From the human T2T-CHM13v2.0 reference genome, Homo sapiens: a stretch of 64,000 nt of DNA. Where the stretch lies: the NCBI RefSeq assembly GCF_009914755.1, contig NC_060940.1; one strand, 5' to 3'. A model generated the notes under the pieces. The model had not been told where the DNA came from and ran no database searches. It saw only the letters and a program-made list of their open reading frames with translations. The translations under genes and the position numbers were made by a program. This document shows positions 28,254 to 44,130 of the stretch, one piece after another. Each line of letters opens with the position of its first letter. Position 1 is the stretch's first letter.

Positions 28254-30444
28254 TCATCCCATAAAACACTGGAGATGACTTTACAGGAAACACACATGAT
28301 AAAATAGCAAAATACACATATAATAAAAAGTCAGGACTAGATAAAAACAAGTTGGACCATGAGGTCAAAACCAGAAAGGAAACCAGCTCACTGATGTATA
28401 GGCCATGTTTCCCAACACACTTGCCAGAATTGGATTATAAATTAGTCTCTGAGTTACCTAATCAGTGAAGTCACAGTTAATTCTGTGATTTTCATTGCCT
28501 GTAAGATAACACATATATCAATTCCTTGGGCTAGCAAAGCTTTTCTTTCCCAACATTTATCTCTGAAAAAAAATTTCTTGCCTGAAGTTTAATACAGGAA
28601 ACACTGAGGGATCTCCCACTGGGCACTGTGCAAGAATATCCCTATACCAAATGCAATAACTGATTTCATAATGTTATTCCTTGAAGCATCCTTTGATGAA
28701 AGCTGATAGCATGTTTCTCAAATTTCCACCTCTTTCTACTAATTTGTGCTTTAATTTCAAACTCAGGGCTTTTTTTTATTAGAGAAGTAGTTAGTCTCCA
28801 ATTTTTTAGTGAAGTTTCTTTCCCCCAGTGCAGTTTTATTTAGGGAGTAATGATGTAATTTTCACAAATCTTAAAAATCCCCTCCCCGCTTTAAGCTGCA
28901 ATTAAGTAGACTACTTTCAGTAGCTCTATTTGTACCTTTTAGGTTTTACAGAAGAAAAGCCTAAGAGAAGGCTTTTGTCATCAGTCTCCATGGCAATTCA
29001 GACAGCCAGAGAAGTTTATTTCGCATATAGTCTCCCTAACTTTATCTGCTGAGGTGGAGATATTTAAAAGGATAGGAAGCAAGGGGAGATTGGTGATGGA
29101 ATTTTATGTTAATAGAGGATTTTTATGGCAGACAGGAAACTCTCTTGTGTGTTCATTTATAAAAATCTGATCTTAAGGCTGCACTTGGTAGTCATCTTTA
29201 GGGGAAGAGTGGAAAGAGGCTGGCAAGAAGATTGAAAAAGATCCATCTTGGGAAATGAGTCTGACTTCTAATTGGGAAAAATATAAGCTGATCTCAGCTA
29301 GTTGAGATCTTAATAAAACACAGAATTAAATGTAATTTGAAATAGGCCCAAAACTATGTAGTTAATATAATTTTCTAAATTAGGTGAGAATATAACTATT
29401 CGCCTAAGGGTTGGCTCTTTATATTTCAGTATTTAATAACCCCAAACCTGACAGGAGTTTTAACCAGCAATTGTATCTGTAGCAAGAGTTGCAAACTCAG
29501 GAGCCAGTGGCTAGGTAGAAGAACCTAGGGAGAGAAAGAATATGGCAGACAGGAAGTACCTGACTGCCTGGCCTGGAGAGAACTGCTGTTTCAATGCATT
29601 GGAGTGTTGCCATGGAGGGAGGAAGGCTGAAACTGATGGCCTAATTAAAATGAAGACATAAAGCACTGTATATGCTAACCTGGTGCAGGCCACACACAAC
29701 AGAGCTGGCTTATGAGAAACTCCTCGGAGGTTTGAAGAAGACGTTCTTCTGGAATATTAACTTTTCCTTGGGTCATCATCTTTCTGGGAGCTTCTTTCCT
29801 GGTATTTTCAGCCTCTCATTTCTTCATCTGACAAACTTCTGTAACCAGTACCATGCTGAGCCATCTACCTGGTGCTTCTGTCTTGAAACACGTGCCTGCG
29901 CGTCTCCTGCTGTGAGAGTGGAGTGGGGATGTGCTTAACTTGATTCTCTTGCTCCCATCTAGTTACTAATCCACTTGATTTCTTTCTACACAGGCTCTAA
30001 ATGCTTGTCTTCTCTGTGTCTCCAGTCAACGTTTCCATTTCGGTGCCTATTCTTATTCCAGTCATGGATCCTGGACCCTTGTCCCTCTACATATTCTTAG
30101 ACTTGTGGATTGTCCTGTTTTCTGCTATCATTTGATATGTCCAGATCTGAAATCAGCCCTTTCTTTCTCCTTCGTTCTAGTTCTTTATGGATAGCTACTA
30201 ATCGTTTTTCCCTACTTGAATGTCCTGTGGTCATTTAGATCTCAGTAGCTTCAAAACCAAATTTGTTTTTTGCCTCTGCAGGGAGGAAGGGGTGATGCTG
30301 GAATTGAGTGTTATGAGGATATGTAAGAGTTAGCCAGGTGGAGGGAGAGAGGTGAACAAGGCAGCATATGTGTGGAAATATGGCAGGAGATGAAAATTAG
30401 ACTGGGATCAGGTTATGAATGGCAGAGTTTGCTCAACTCTTTTA

Positions 30445-30750
<306 letters not shown>

Positions 30751-31143
30751 TCAAAAAAAAAAAAAACAGGGAAGGTAACTAAATCAAGTTTGATTTGTGT
30801 TTTCATTGAGACCAGAGGCCTCATCTTCACTCATTCAATGCAGAGTTCAGTAAATATTTTTGATAGGGTTGTTTTTTGATTATAGGAATGAATTTGTAAT
30901 AGTTCAAGTATTTGAAATGAATGGAGGGAATACTGCTATATTTATCTTGCTTTATAGAAGATAGCCTATACATTTTTATTTTTACAACGCAGCAATACAG
31001 AGAACTAAGATTATTAGAAGTCTTCAAATCCTCATGGTTTATATGATAAAAAATATTATATATATTTATGTACAAGTGGGGAGGTAGGAATCAGCCATCC
31101 TAAGATTTTTAACATTTTTATATTTTCATCTCTTCTTTTACAG

Positions 31144-31253
31144 GTGTCCTTCTTCACATCATTATGGAATCACCCATTTTTCACCATTAGCTGTATCACT
31201 CTAATAGGCTTGTTCTTTGCTGGAATACACAAGAGAGTAGTTGCACCATCAAT
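31144..31253 (+). CDS. CNEP1R1: CNEP1R1 coding exon 4 ([36 protein letters not shown]; second TM segment)
   Basis: tcttcttttacag| acceptor; ends AT|gtatccttt (U12-type donor); 110 nt. Confidence 0.96.
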
Positions 31254-31848
<595 letters not shown>

Positions 31849-31903
31849 TATAGCTGCTCGATGTCGAACGGTATTAGCAGAATACAATATGTCTTGTGAT
31901 GAT
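31849..31903 (+). CDS. CNEP1R1: CNEP1R1 coding exon 5 ([19 protein letters not shown])
   Basis: gtattcag| acceptor, GAT|gtaagt donor, 55 nt, in frame. Confidence 0.96.
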
Positions 31904-32347
31904 GTAAGTATTTTTTTGGTTAGAAAATTATAGACCTGCATGAAAACACTGAAATTTTTGGCTTTAGAAAGGTAGACATTTTATTAGCAATAAATTTTCT
32001 CTGTGGAATGAATAGTGAGAATATACTTAGAGCATTGATTCTAAGGTACTTTTACATTTAACATCTTTGGCATTGAGATCCATCTTACAGTCAATGAGAT
32101 CTGACAAATTGGGAGAGTTGACAATTTAATCTTTCTTAATGACATAAAATCATGATGCATCTTATAACTGATGCATCTTAGATTCAGTGAAGTACAGTGG
32201 TTGTTTGTTATTGACCAAAAATGGCTCAGCGGATATTGGTTTTATAAACTACTGTTACTTATCAAGTGATATGCTATATACGTTATTTGTAAATAGAGTC
32301 ATAGATTAATTTGTGGACTATGGACATATGAACCTATTGTGTTTTTA

Positions 32348-32690
<343 letters not shown>

Positions 32691-33161
32691 TCACAATTTT
32701 GATAGGTAGCTTCTATTTTGATTTGCTTATTTTATTTATAAAAGTGTCTTAGCCTTCAATTTAAAAAGTTATTAAACAAGTAATACCTATTCATTACAGA
32801 AATTAGAATAAAGAGGCCAGGCATGGTGGTTCACACCTGTAATCCCAGCACTTTGGGAGGCCAAGGCAGGAGGATTGCTTGAGTCCAGCAGTTTGAGATG
32901 AACCTGGGCAACATAGCAAGACACCGTCTCTACAAAAAATGAAAAGAGGAGAAAAAAAGATGTATGTAGTATTTTAAAATAAAGAGCTCAGAAGGAAGCT
33001 CCACACAAAGGAAGCTCTGAAAGCATAACTATTAATTGTTTAATCTTGACTATAGAGAAGCGTTCTTATTCCTTGCACATACCCTTTAAGGTTTATAAAT
33101 AAGCAGTGGTATTTTTACTAGAACTGTGTATTGAAAAAATTCTGTGTTTTCATTTTTGCAG

Positions 33162-33203
33162 ACAGGAAAACTAATTTTGAAACCTAGGCCTCATGTTCAA
33201 TGA
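33162..33203 (+). CDS. CNEP1R1: CNEP1R1 last coding exon (TGKLILKPRPHVQ*)
   Basis: catttttgcag| acceptor; TGA at 33201-33203. Exon lengths 25+72+74+110+55+42 sum to 378 nt, which is 125 aa plus stop. Confidence 0.96.
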   Translation, partial: TGKLILKPRPHVQ

Positions 33204-33881
33204 CAATCTTCACTCATTGTTATGGGACTTAAAATAGCCTTTCTTCGAATAAGTGATACAGCAAAAAGCCATAAAGGATTCCTTTTGCGGTTGGATATGT
33301 AAAGGTCATAGCAGCAACTGACAAGAAGTGTGCAATATTTACCTGGATTATCTTGATGATGGTGACTCATTATCAGTGCTTTGGTACTTTTGATTACCTG
33401 TGTTTCAGTATTAGTGTCACTTTAGTACTTCAGATCCTGCAAATATTTTTGCAGATGAAGTATGTATGTATGTTACTAAGTTAAACTTAGAAACAGAACC
33501 TCATTCAGTTTTTATAATGTATTTTTGCAAACTACTGTAAATAGCAAATCAATGCCAATGTTAAACAAAGAGGAAAACGTTGTGTGGACTTTGTTCTCTT
33601 GCACCGGTATTTCAGGAACATCTGCTTGCCATCCCCACAGCTCTTTAAAACTGGCTATTATGTGTGCCTTTCATTCTTACATTTCTAATCATACTGCAGG
33701 AAAAACATTGGATTCAGCTTAGACTGAGGAAAACTCTCCATTATGTTGTAAGAAATTATAGATGTTTTGAGAGACACTTTTTGTTAAACCAGATATTGAA
33801 CTCCAGCAACTATTGTGGTTATATTTTTAGTTCATTGTTCTCATTTAATGCTAAATATCCTTTATATTGCTTTAATAATTT

Positions 33882-34183
<302 letters not shown>

Positions 34184-34800
34184 TCTTTAATAATTTTTAA
34201 AATACCCTAAAGGCTTGTGAATATACAAGTCTACTGATAAATTATGTATTGTCTGGGAATTTGATAGTCATTGTTTTAGATAACTGGATTTTACGCTGTG
34301 GTAGACAGGCTGTGACACTAGTGTTGCACAGGTGTAATTGGTCATCCTATGCCTTCACCAGAATAACTTGGGAGTGGTGCCAGAAACTAGAGTCTACAAT
34401 TCTCACTGTTTAGAGAGTGTTAATGACATACTGTGTATGCATAATAGCCGCATGTACTATAATAGCCCTTAAAATTAAACTATTGGGATTGCTGTAAATA
34501 TTTTAAAGTACTGGAGGTGCCTTTTACCTGTTTATTAGATTTTGAAAAGGTTTAAATTATTTCATGAGCAATCTTTTAAATTTCATTTAACATAAAGCTG
34601 AAAATTCAATAACAGGATAAAAAAGCTTTTTAACAAGGCTGCCATTTAACTTAAATGTGTTCATCTTAGCTTTCACTTGTATAAAATTTGATTCTTTGAA
34701 CTGCAGCAATAAAACCCTCAGCTCCTAAGAAGTCTTAAGAGGGTATTCTATATATTCTGCTTTGTTTTATTTTCTGTAAATTTTGTAGGTAAATATGTGC

Positions 34801-34812
34801 ATTAAAAATAAA
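34801..34812 (+). terminator. CNEP1R1: Poly(A) signal (adjacent ATTAAA and AATAAA); possible upstream alternative AATAAA at 34708-34713
   Basis: Hexamers are followed about 25 nt later by a U/GU-rich downstream element. Confidence 0.75.
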
Positions 34813-36479
34813 TACTTTATATATAACTCGTGATTGGACTTTTTCTTTAGTTTATTGTTAAGTTTGTAACTCTGAAAAAAATGTTAAAACATATTGTCTG
34901 TATCAGATATAAGCTAGTTCTAGATGAGATATTTTACTTTAGCTCTGTGTCCAAGACAGCAAATTTTAAGTAGCACGTGTAGGTACCCAGTTTATTAGGT
35001 TATGATTACTTTTAATATGTCTTATTCATCATAGTCTAATAACACTTGGCTGTTAATCAGGAAATACAAGTTTTGTCATATTGCTCTTTACAAACTTGGA
35101 TTGCCAGTTTCCTCCAAGAGCATAAAGCTGAAGAAGTATTTTACAGGCCCTTCATCTTTTTTGGAGTCATGAATTCCTTTGAGTGTTTAATAAAAGACTT
35201 GACTCCTCCTCTAGGAAAACCCACCTGTGTCTTTGCATGCACTTGGAGGGGACTTCCAGATGCCACATTACTTGGATTCCATGGGCTTCAAAAGAAAACA
35301 ATCTGTTATAGTCCAGAGATTTTTCATACCTTAACTTCTAGCAGAATAACTCATTTTCCTAAGGAGTATTTGTTCGGAATGGGCCAAGGATCCTTGTGAT
35401 GTTAGTTTCTAACCACCATCTCTACCTTCTCATCTCCTCTCTCACGTTGTTAGGAGGTGACTGATTGAATCCAATCATCTAATTTTACAGGTGGAGTAGA
35501 CAGTCTCAGATTTGCAAAGTGTCTACATGAAATCCCCACAACTTACTAAAGACAGAGCCAGCACCAAAATCCAAATCTCTGACTCAGATTGAATGGATCT
35601 TTATGTATGTGTGTGAAGTGAATTTATTCAAGAGCCATTATAATATTACTGTTAAGAATGTAGACTGTTAGGCCAAACTGCCTGGATTTGAATCTCAGAT
35701 CTGCTCCTTGGTAGTTTTGTAACTTCAGCTAAATTATGCAACCTTAGTTTCCTCATTTATTAAGTGGGCATAATGCCAGTTTCTTTGGTACAGAGAGATA
35801 ATATATAGGATACAGGCATAATGCTAATCTTCCAGGCTTATTTCAAGTCTTAAAGTGTTAATTCATGTAAAGCACTTAAATAGTGCCTAGCTGCAGAGTC
35901 AATACTCAGTAAGTGTGTTAACCCAAATCTTTAAGGGGGAAAAAAAAAACGTTGTTACAACTTTGCCCAAAGTCAACATCTTAGTTGAGATAACCATGAG
36001 GAAATTTTACCTAATCTTTTGAACCAAGCAAACTCCTGAAAACTGGACTAAAGGCAAAGAGAGGATATTTGGCCTCTCATTCTGAAAATGGTGTTTGGTG
36101 TTTTCCTGAAGAACCTCTCTGAAAACATTCAAGCTCGTGACTATCTGATAGTGCTGCTTTTTGAGACGCTCTTTTCTCCTTTAGAACTAGCCATCTTGAT
36201 TGGCATTTTATAAAGATTTAACAATCCTTCTAACTGACAAATACCCTGCCCTCAGCAACTGAGGTTTCTCTCGCTTCCTGTCCTGTTGAAACCATAGAAG
36301 TTTGAGTCTTATTCTTCAGCTCTAAACTTTCTCTATGCTTTTACAAAGGGTAAGTATAATTTCTTTTTTTCCCACCAAAGCTAGGAAGTGCGTCTTGTCT
36401 GCTTCATCATGGAACACATTAAAATCTGATGTTTTTAGTGTACCACTGATACCTGCTATGCCAGTCTGACTGTATGAGA

Positions 36480-36564
36480 GACAGAGAAAAATAAAAAGAT
36501 ATTTGTTACCATATTTTAAAGGGACAGAGAAAAATAAAAAGATATTTGTTACCCTATTTTAAAG
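36480..36564. repeat. 43-bp tandem duplication
   Basis: gacagagaaaaataaaaagatatttgttacc(a/c)tattttaaag occurs twice with one mismatch. Confidence 0.9.
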
Positions 36565-37323
36565 TGTGTTCATCACTTTATAGACTCACTTTTACATGGC
36601 AAGTGTTTTGCTGGGTATTAATGTGTAAGAAAATTAGCTGGGTGTAGCACACACCCACAGTCTCAGCTACTCAGGAGGCGAAGGTGGGAGGATTGCCTGA
36701 GCCTAGGAGTTCAAGGCTGCAGTGAGCTATGACTTGTGTGACTGGACTTCAGCCAGGGTGACAGAATAAGACTGTCTCCAAAAAAAAAAAAAAAAAAAAA
36801 TCAAAATGAATTTCTGCCTCTCAGAACCTCAGAACTTGTTATCTGGTGGGGAGTACAGACCAGTGGTCAAGTGGTCAAGCAGTTACCATGCGGTTTAAGT
36901 GCTATGAAAAGTAAAAATGTAGGATGCTACAGGAGTCCATGGGAAGAGGATCCAGCCAGACCAGCTTTCCAAAGTAGGTGATTAGCAAACATCTGGTTGC
37001 CCTTAGAGGGAGAAGTTTTGCGGGGGAGGGGGCTGTGACAAGAGAAAACGGGAAGGAAGTAGGAACCAGAACATGGCATTTCACGAGGGCAATGGGAAGC
37101 CATCAGAGTGTTTTCAGTTAAGGAAGTGACAACTGGATTTGCATTTGTGATGACAGGGCAGGACCTGGGAGGCCAGTTGGGAGTGGCTGCTATAGCCCAG
37201 ATGAGATATGTGGGCCCCAGAACTACAGTTCAGGGAGTGGAATCAGAACTAAAACCTTTAAAAAAAAAAAAAATCTTTGCCTGGGCTTACCCAAAAACCT
37301 CTTAGAGGGCAAATGATAGGTCA

Positions 37324-37512
<189 letters not shown>

Positions 37513-38955
37513 CTAACACCTGTAATCCCAGCTACTCAGGAGGCTGAAGCAAGAGAATCGCTTGAACTTGGGAGGAAGAGGTTGCAGTGAGCCAAGATCG
37601 CGCCATTGGACTCTAGCCTGGGCAACAAGAGCAAAACTCTGTCTCAAAAAAAAGGAAAAAAAAAAACTTTTAATGTCAAATGAATAGGACTTCGCAGAGG
37701 ACAAAAGAAGAAGCAATTGAGCATAAAGCCTACCACCAGCACCACTTTTTCCATCATATTTAGCCTGTTACAGAAATAAAAGTTCCATGATCACCAATAT
37801 TTGGGAACTACTACATCCTCCTCCTGGAGATTGTTCATGCTGTAAAGCATATTAAAAGCTCCATGTTGGCTGGGCACGATGGCTAATGCCTGTAATCCCA
37901 GCTGCTTGGGAAGCCAAGGCAGGCAGATCGCTTGAGCTCCGGAGGCCGGGGCTGCAGTGAGCTATGATTGCACCACTGCATTCCAGCCTGAGCGACAGCG
38001 TGACACTCTGCCTCAAACGAATGAATGAATGCATGCATGAATGTCCCGAGTGGCCCTGCAGTAGAGAAACCTGTTAAACTGCCTGCTTTTCTGCCATTTC
38101 ACCAAAGACTTGTTCACATTATTTGGGGGACAGAGAGTGTTTGTTGTGGTTTCTGTCTGTCCAGTTGCTCTTTTTTAATTGGAGAAGAGGCATGCAAATG
38201 TATTGAACATCCCACAGAGAGAATCACAGAGTGGTTGCCTTGCCCAGCTCCCTCTGAGCACCCGTGCTAGATTTGGGGAATGCTGGCTATGTCAGTCCAT
38301 CCTCTCTCAGGACAACCCAGAAAACTTTGGACTCCTGCATTTGGGACCCAGGCATGCGAGGAGGTGGTAAAGCTGTGTTTCCGTGGCAGGGCACTCAGTG
38401 GGACTCAGTGGTGGTGGCATCAGTTTCCTCATCCGACCAGTTCCGTAAGATGGGTTTGGGCATTTTTTTTCTTCTGGAACTTTAGCCTTGAACCAGTCTC
38501 TCTAGACCACTCCAAAATCCTGAAGTACCCAATATCCTTTAAATAATTGGCTTTCAGTTTACTCAAAGTCAGCTTCTCTTGCTTGCTTGACTGCTAGAGT
38601 GGTACACAGCAGTTGTGTTCCAGGAGCATGCTGTGGAGAGTTGATCTAACAGATGAGAGTGCTTCCAATCAAGCCTCATGCCATCCGGCAGGTAAGAGAG
38701 CTCAGGGCCACGTGCAGTGGAAGGACCCAGACTTGGCAGATCAATGTGGATTACAGTCCCATTTCCTCCATTAGCCAGTGGGGCAAGTGACTTATTCTCT
38801 CTGAACCTTAATTTCATTTAGGCCTATTAGATAGCTATCTTGCAGAATAGCTAGAAGGATGAAATGAAATAATGTATGTAAAAGATAGCTTTCCAGCTTT
38901 TTTTTTTTAAATCACAAACTAATTTTTGAGTCGCTATTCTGAGTACTTGTTATAG

Positions 38956-39306
<351 letters not shown>

Positions 39307-39630
39307 TGAACTCCTGAGCTCAAGTGATCGTCCCACTTCGGCCTCAGATTTGTAATTTAAGTAACGGTAGAGAAACTAAAATAACTAAATCTATTGTAAG
39401 TTCATTAAGTAAATTAAAAAAGAAATATATCCTTGCTAGAAGATGAGTTTTAAATTCTGTCTCCTACAATTATCAGATTTATTTTTTTTCCTGACCTACC
39501 CTGAAAACCATTTAAAAACAAATTGTTCTGGAATGTTTTAAACACATGCAAACATAGAGAGAGTGGTATAATGAACTCCCATCACCCAACTTGAGCAATT
39601 ATCAACATATAGCCAATCTTGTTTCTTATA

Positions 39631-40157
<527 letters not shown>

Positions 40158-41244
40158 CTATTTCAACTTGCTCCCTCACCCCCACAAAGGATTATTTTGA
40201 AGCAAATCACAGACATCACTTGATATAGAAATCTTCCAGTAACTATCTCCAAAAGTTAAGAAAAATTTTACATATAACTACAATACTATATCATACCTGA
40301 AACGCTAATAATTTTGTAGCAATTTTATACCAAATATTCTGCTTAAACTCCTCCAACTGTCCCATAAATGTATCCTTTAGAGTTGGGTTATTTGAATTGA
40401 GATCCAGAAAAGGATACTTGAATAGTAGCAATTGCACAACCTAGGACCTAGGTTTCTGAAATCCCTGTTTCTGAATTCTATCTGATTACATATGTGAACT
40501 CAATTTATGCATATGGAATACACTTTCAATAAATGACATACAGTTAGTGGATGGATGGGTACAGACATTTTTTTTAAAAAAAGGAGAGAGATAACAAAAT
40601 GACGTACAGTGACTTCTGCTGAGATCTTCCACAATAAACCAGCAGCATTATCATGGTGAACATCACTACCATCTCTTCACGTGCTAACAGCCACATGGGA
40701 AATGGGACTCCAGCATGCAAGGCACAACGCATCCTTAGAGAGCACCCAGTCCCGATGACAGCATGGGGTTAGGAAGGAGACCATGAGGAAGAAAGTGGAA
40801 TGGGTATGTTTAAATGTATGCAGCGATAGACAAAGATGTTGGACATTAGGGGAAAAATAATGACAAATTGATGGAAAACCAGGATAAGAAAAAAAAGGCG
40901 ATTACTAATTCCAAGAACAAAGAAAGGAATTGTGGTTTAGTGGGCTTCTTAGTTCAGCAGTGAGCAAAATTTGCATTGTCCTAGAAATTTAGAGTGATTT
41001 AATAGAGAATTCCGGTACAATTTTGTGGGGCAAAGGAGAAATGTGGGAGAGAGTTTTGGAGAGCTAAGTCCTTACCTATCAGGCCAGCAAATCAAAAGAT
41101 AATATATGATACTGATAAATCAGAAAGCGTGATAGCTTATCATTTGGGAATACAGAGATAATAACAGGAGAAACAGAAGGGGTCGGAGTGTTTACTTCCC
41201 ATAGAGGGCTTGGGATTCTAGAGAAGGCAAGAACCTGCTGTTCT

Positions 41245-41418
41245 GTTCTTTTCTTCTTTCTTTTCTTTTCTTTCTTTCCTTTCTTCCTTCTTTTTCTTCT
41301 TTCTTTTCTTTTCTTTCTTTCTTTCCTTTCTTTCTTCCTTCTTTTTCTTCTTTTTTTTCTTTCTTCCTTCCTTCCAGAATTTCTTTCCTTCTCTTCTCTT
41401 CTCTTCCTCTTCTCTTCG
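41245..41418. repeat. TC-rich polypyrimidine tract
   Basis: Direct inspection. Confidence 0.9.
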
Positions 41419-42033
41419 ACTGCGTCTTGTTATATTGCCCAGGATGGTCTTCAACTCCTGGATTCAAACGGTCCTCCTGCCTCTGCCCCCCAAGTACTGT
41501 GATTAGAGGCATGAGGCACCACACCTGGCCCTTAACTTTTTAAATCATGTATGCACGTGAAATACTTTTTTCTCAGTGAGGTGCCTAAGTGTGAGTTTGC
41601 TAGGTGGAGTAGTTTATTTCACAAGTGGGGAAACAGGTATAGAAAGCATATTGCCCAATTTGGGAACCCTTCCCCTGCTCTCATATTTAGTCATTTTTCT
41701 ATGTTCCTCCTTTTACCTGGTGTTATCTATTAATTAAAACTTTGATTTCCTTAATTTACTAGCTCTTAGGTATCTATCAGCAAATTCAGTAGGAGACAGT
41801 GTATTGCAATTATTACAAACTAAACTCTGGAGCCTGACTATGTAGGTTAAATTCTGTTTGTCACTTACAAAAATCACGTGCTGTGCTCTTAGGCAAGAGG
41901 CTTGCCCTCTCTGTGCCTCAGTTCTCCCATCTCTAACACGGAGCTGTTGACATTGTGTGGCATGGTTGGTAGATTTAGTAGCTTAATATATGCAAAGCTC
42001 TTAGAGCAGCATTTGGCACATATCGAGGGATCA

Positions 42034-42222
<189 letters not shown>

Positions 42223-42225
42223 TCA

Positions 42226-42693
<468 letters not shown>

Positions 42694-42815
42694 TCAAAAA
42701 AAGAAAAAAAACCAAAAACGAAAAAAAAAAACAACGAATCTGGGGAACTAATCAAAACAGAGACAGGTTCTGTGGGCTTTAAAAAAATCAACTTTAGGAT
42801 GGACGCAGTGGCTCA

Positions 42816-43082
<267 letters not shown>

Positions 43083-43105
43083 TCAAAAAAAAAAAAAAAA
43101 AAAAA

Positions 43106-43645
43106 ACTTTACATATAATAAAATGCATCCATTTAAGCTGTACAGTGTGAATTTTAGTAAATGTGGCACCTGTGTAACAATCACCATGAGCAAGATGCAG
43201 AATACTGTTATCCTCTTAAACGTTTCCTTTGCCAGGTCCCACCCCCAATTCCTGGCCTCGGGAAAATACTGTCCTGCTTCTATCACTGTAGATTTGTCTT
43301 TTCTAGATTTTCATGCAAATGACATCATAGTATAATAATGCAGTACAATAATCCTGTCTCTGGCTTCTTTTGTTCAACAGGCTTTTGATTTTTTTTTTTG
43401 TCAACATGCTTTTGAGATTTTATCTATGTTAACACGCATGTTGGCAATTTGTTCCTTTCTTTGTTTATCCATTTACGGATTGATGGGCATTTGGGTTGTT
43501 TTCAGTTTGGGGCTATAATTCATAAAGGTTCTATGAATAATCATGTACAAGTCTGTGTGGATATATCACTTCCCTTGGGAATGCCATGGAGTGGAATTGC
43601 TGGGTCATGAGCTGCCTATGTATGTAGCTTCATTAAAAACCATCA
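43106..43645 (-). mobile_element. Antisense L1M 3' fragment
   Basis: gatgggcatttgggttgttttcagtttggggcta...gagtggaattgctgggtca. Confidence 0.7.
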
Positions 43646-44130
43646 AGCTGGCCAGGCACAGTGGATCATGCCTGTAATCCCAGCACTTTGAGAGGCCGAG
43701 GCAGGAGGATCGCTTGAGACCAGGAGTTGGAGACCAGCCTGGGCAGCACAGAGAGACCTCATCTCTACAAAAAATTTTTAAAAACATTAGCCAGGCATGG
43801 TGGTGTGCGCCTGTAGTCCTAGCTACTCAAGAGGCTGAGATGGAAGGATCACTTGGGCACAGGAGTTCAAGGCTATGGTGACTATGGTGAGTATGATGGC
43901 GCCACTGCTCTCCAGCCTGGGCGGCAGAGTGAGACCTTGTCTCAAAAACAAACAAACAAACAAACAAATAAAACCAAAAGAATGTCCTTCAAATGTTTCT
44001 TAGCACACTGGAGCAAAAGAAGTTAATGCCTGTTTTAATCACAACCACTTAAGGTGTGTCACTTTCCAAAGTTCGGATGAGTTAGATGGGATTTTGGGTA
44101 ATATGTGTTAGGATTAAATCCTACCAAGCA

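Noticed and set aside
33158-33165. Tandem acceptor cagACAG at the last CNEP1R1 exon
   Set aside because: A 4-nt shift would break the frame, and the sequence gives no evidence that it is used.
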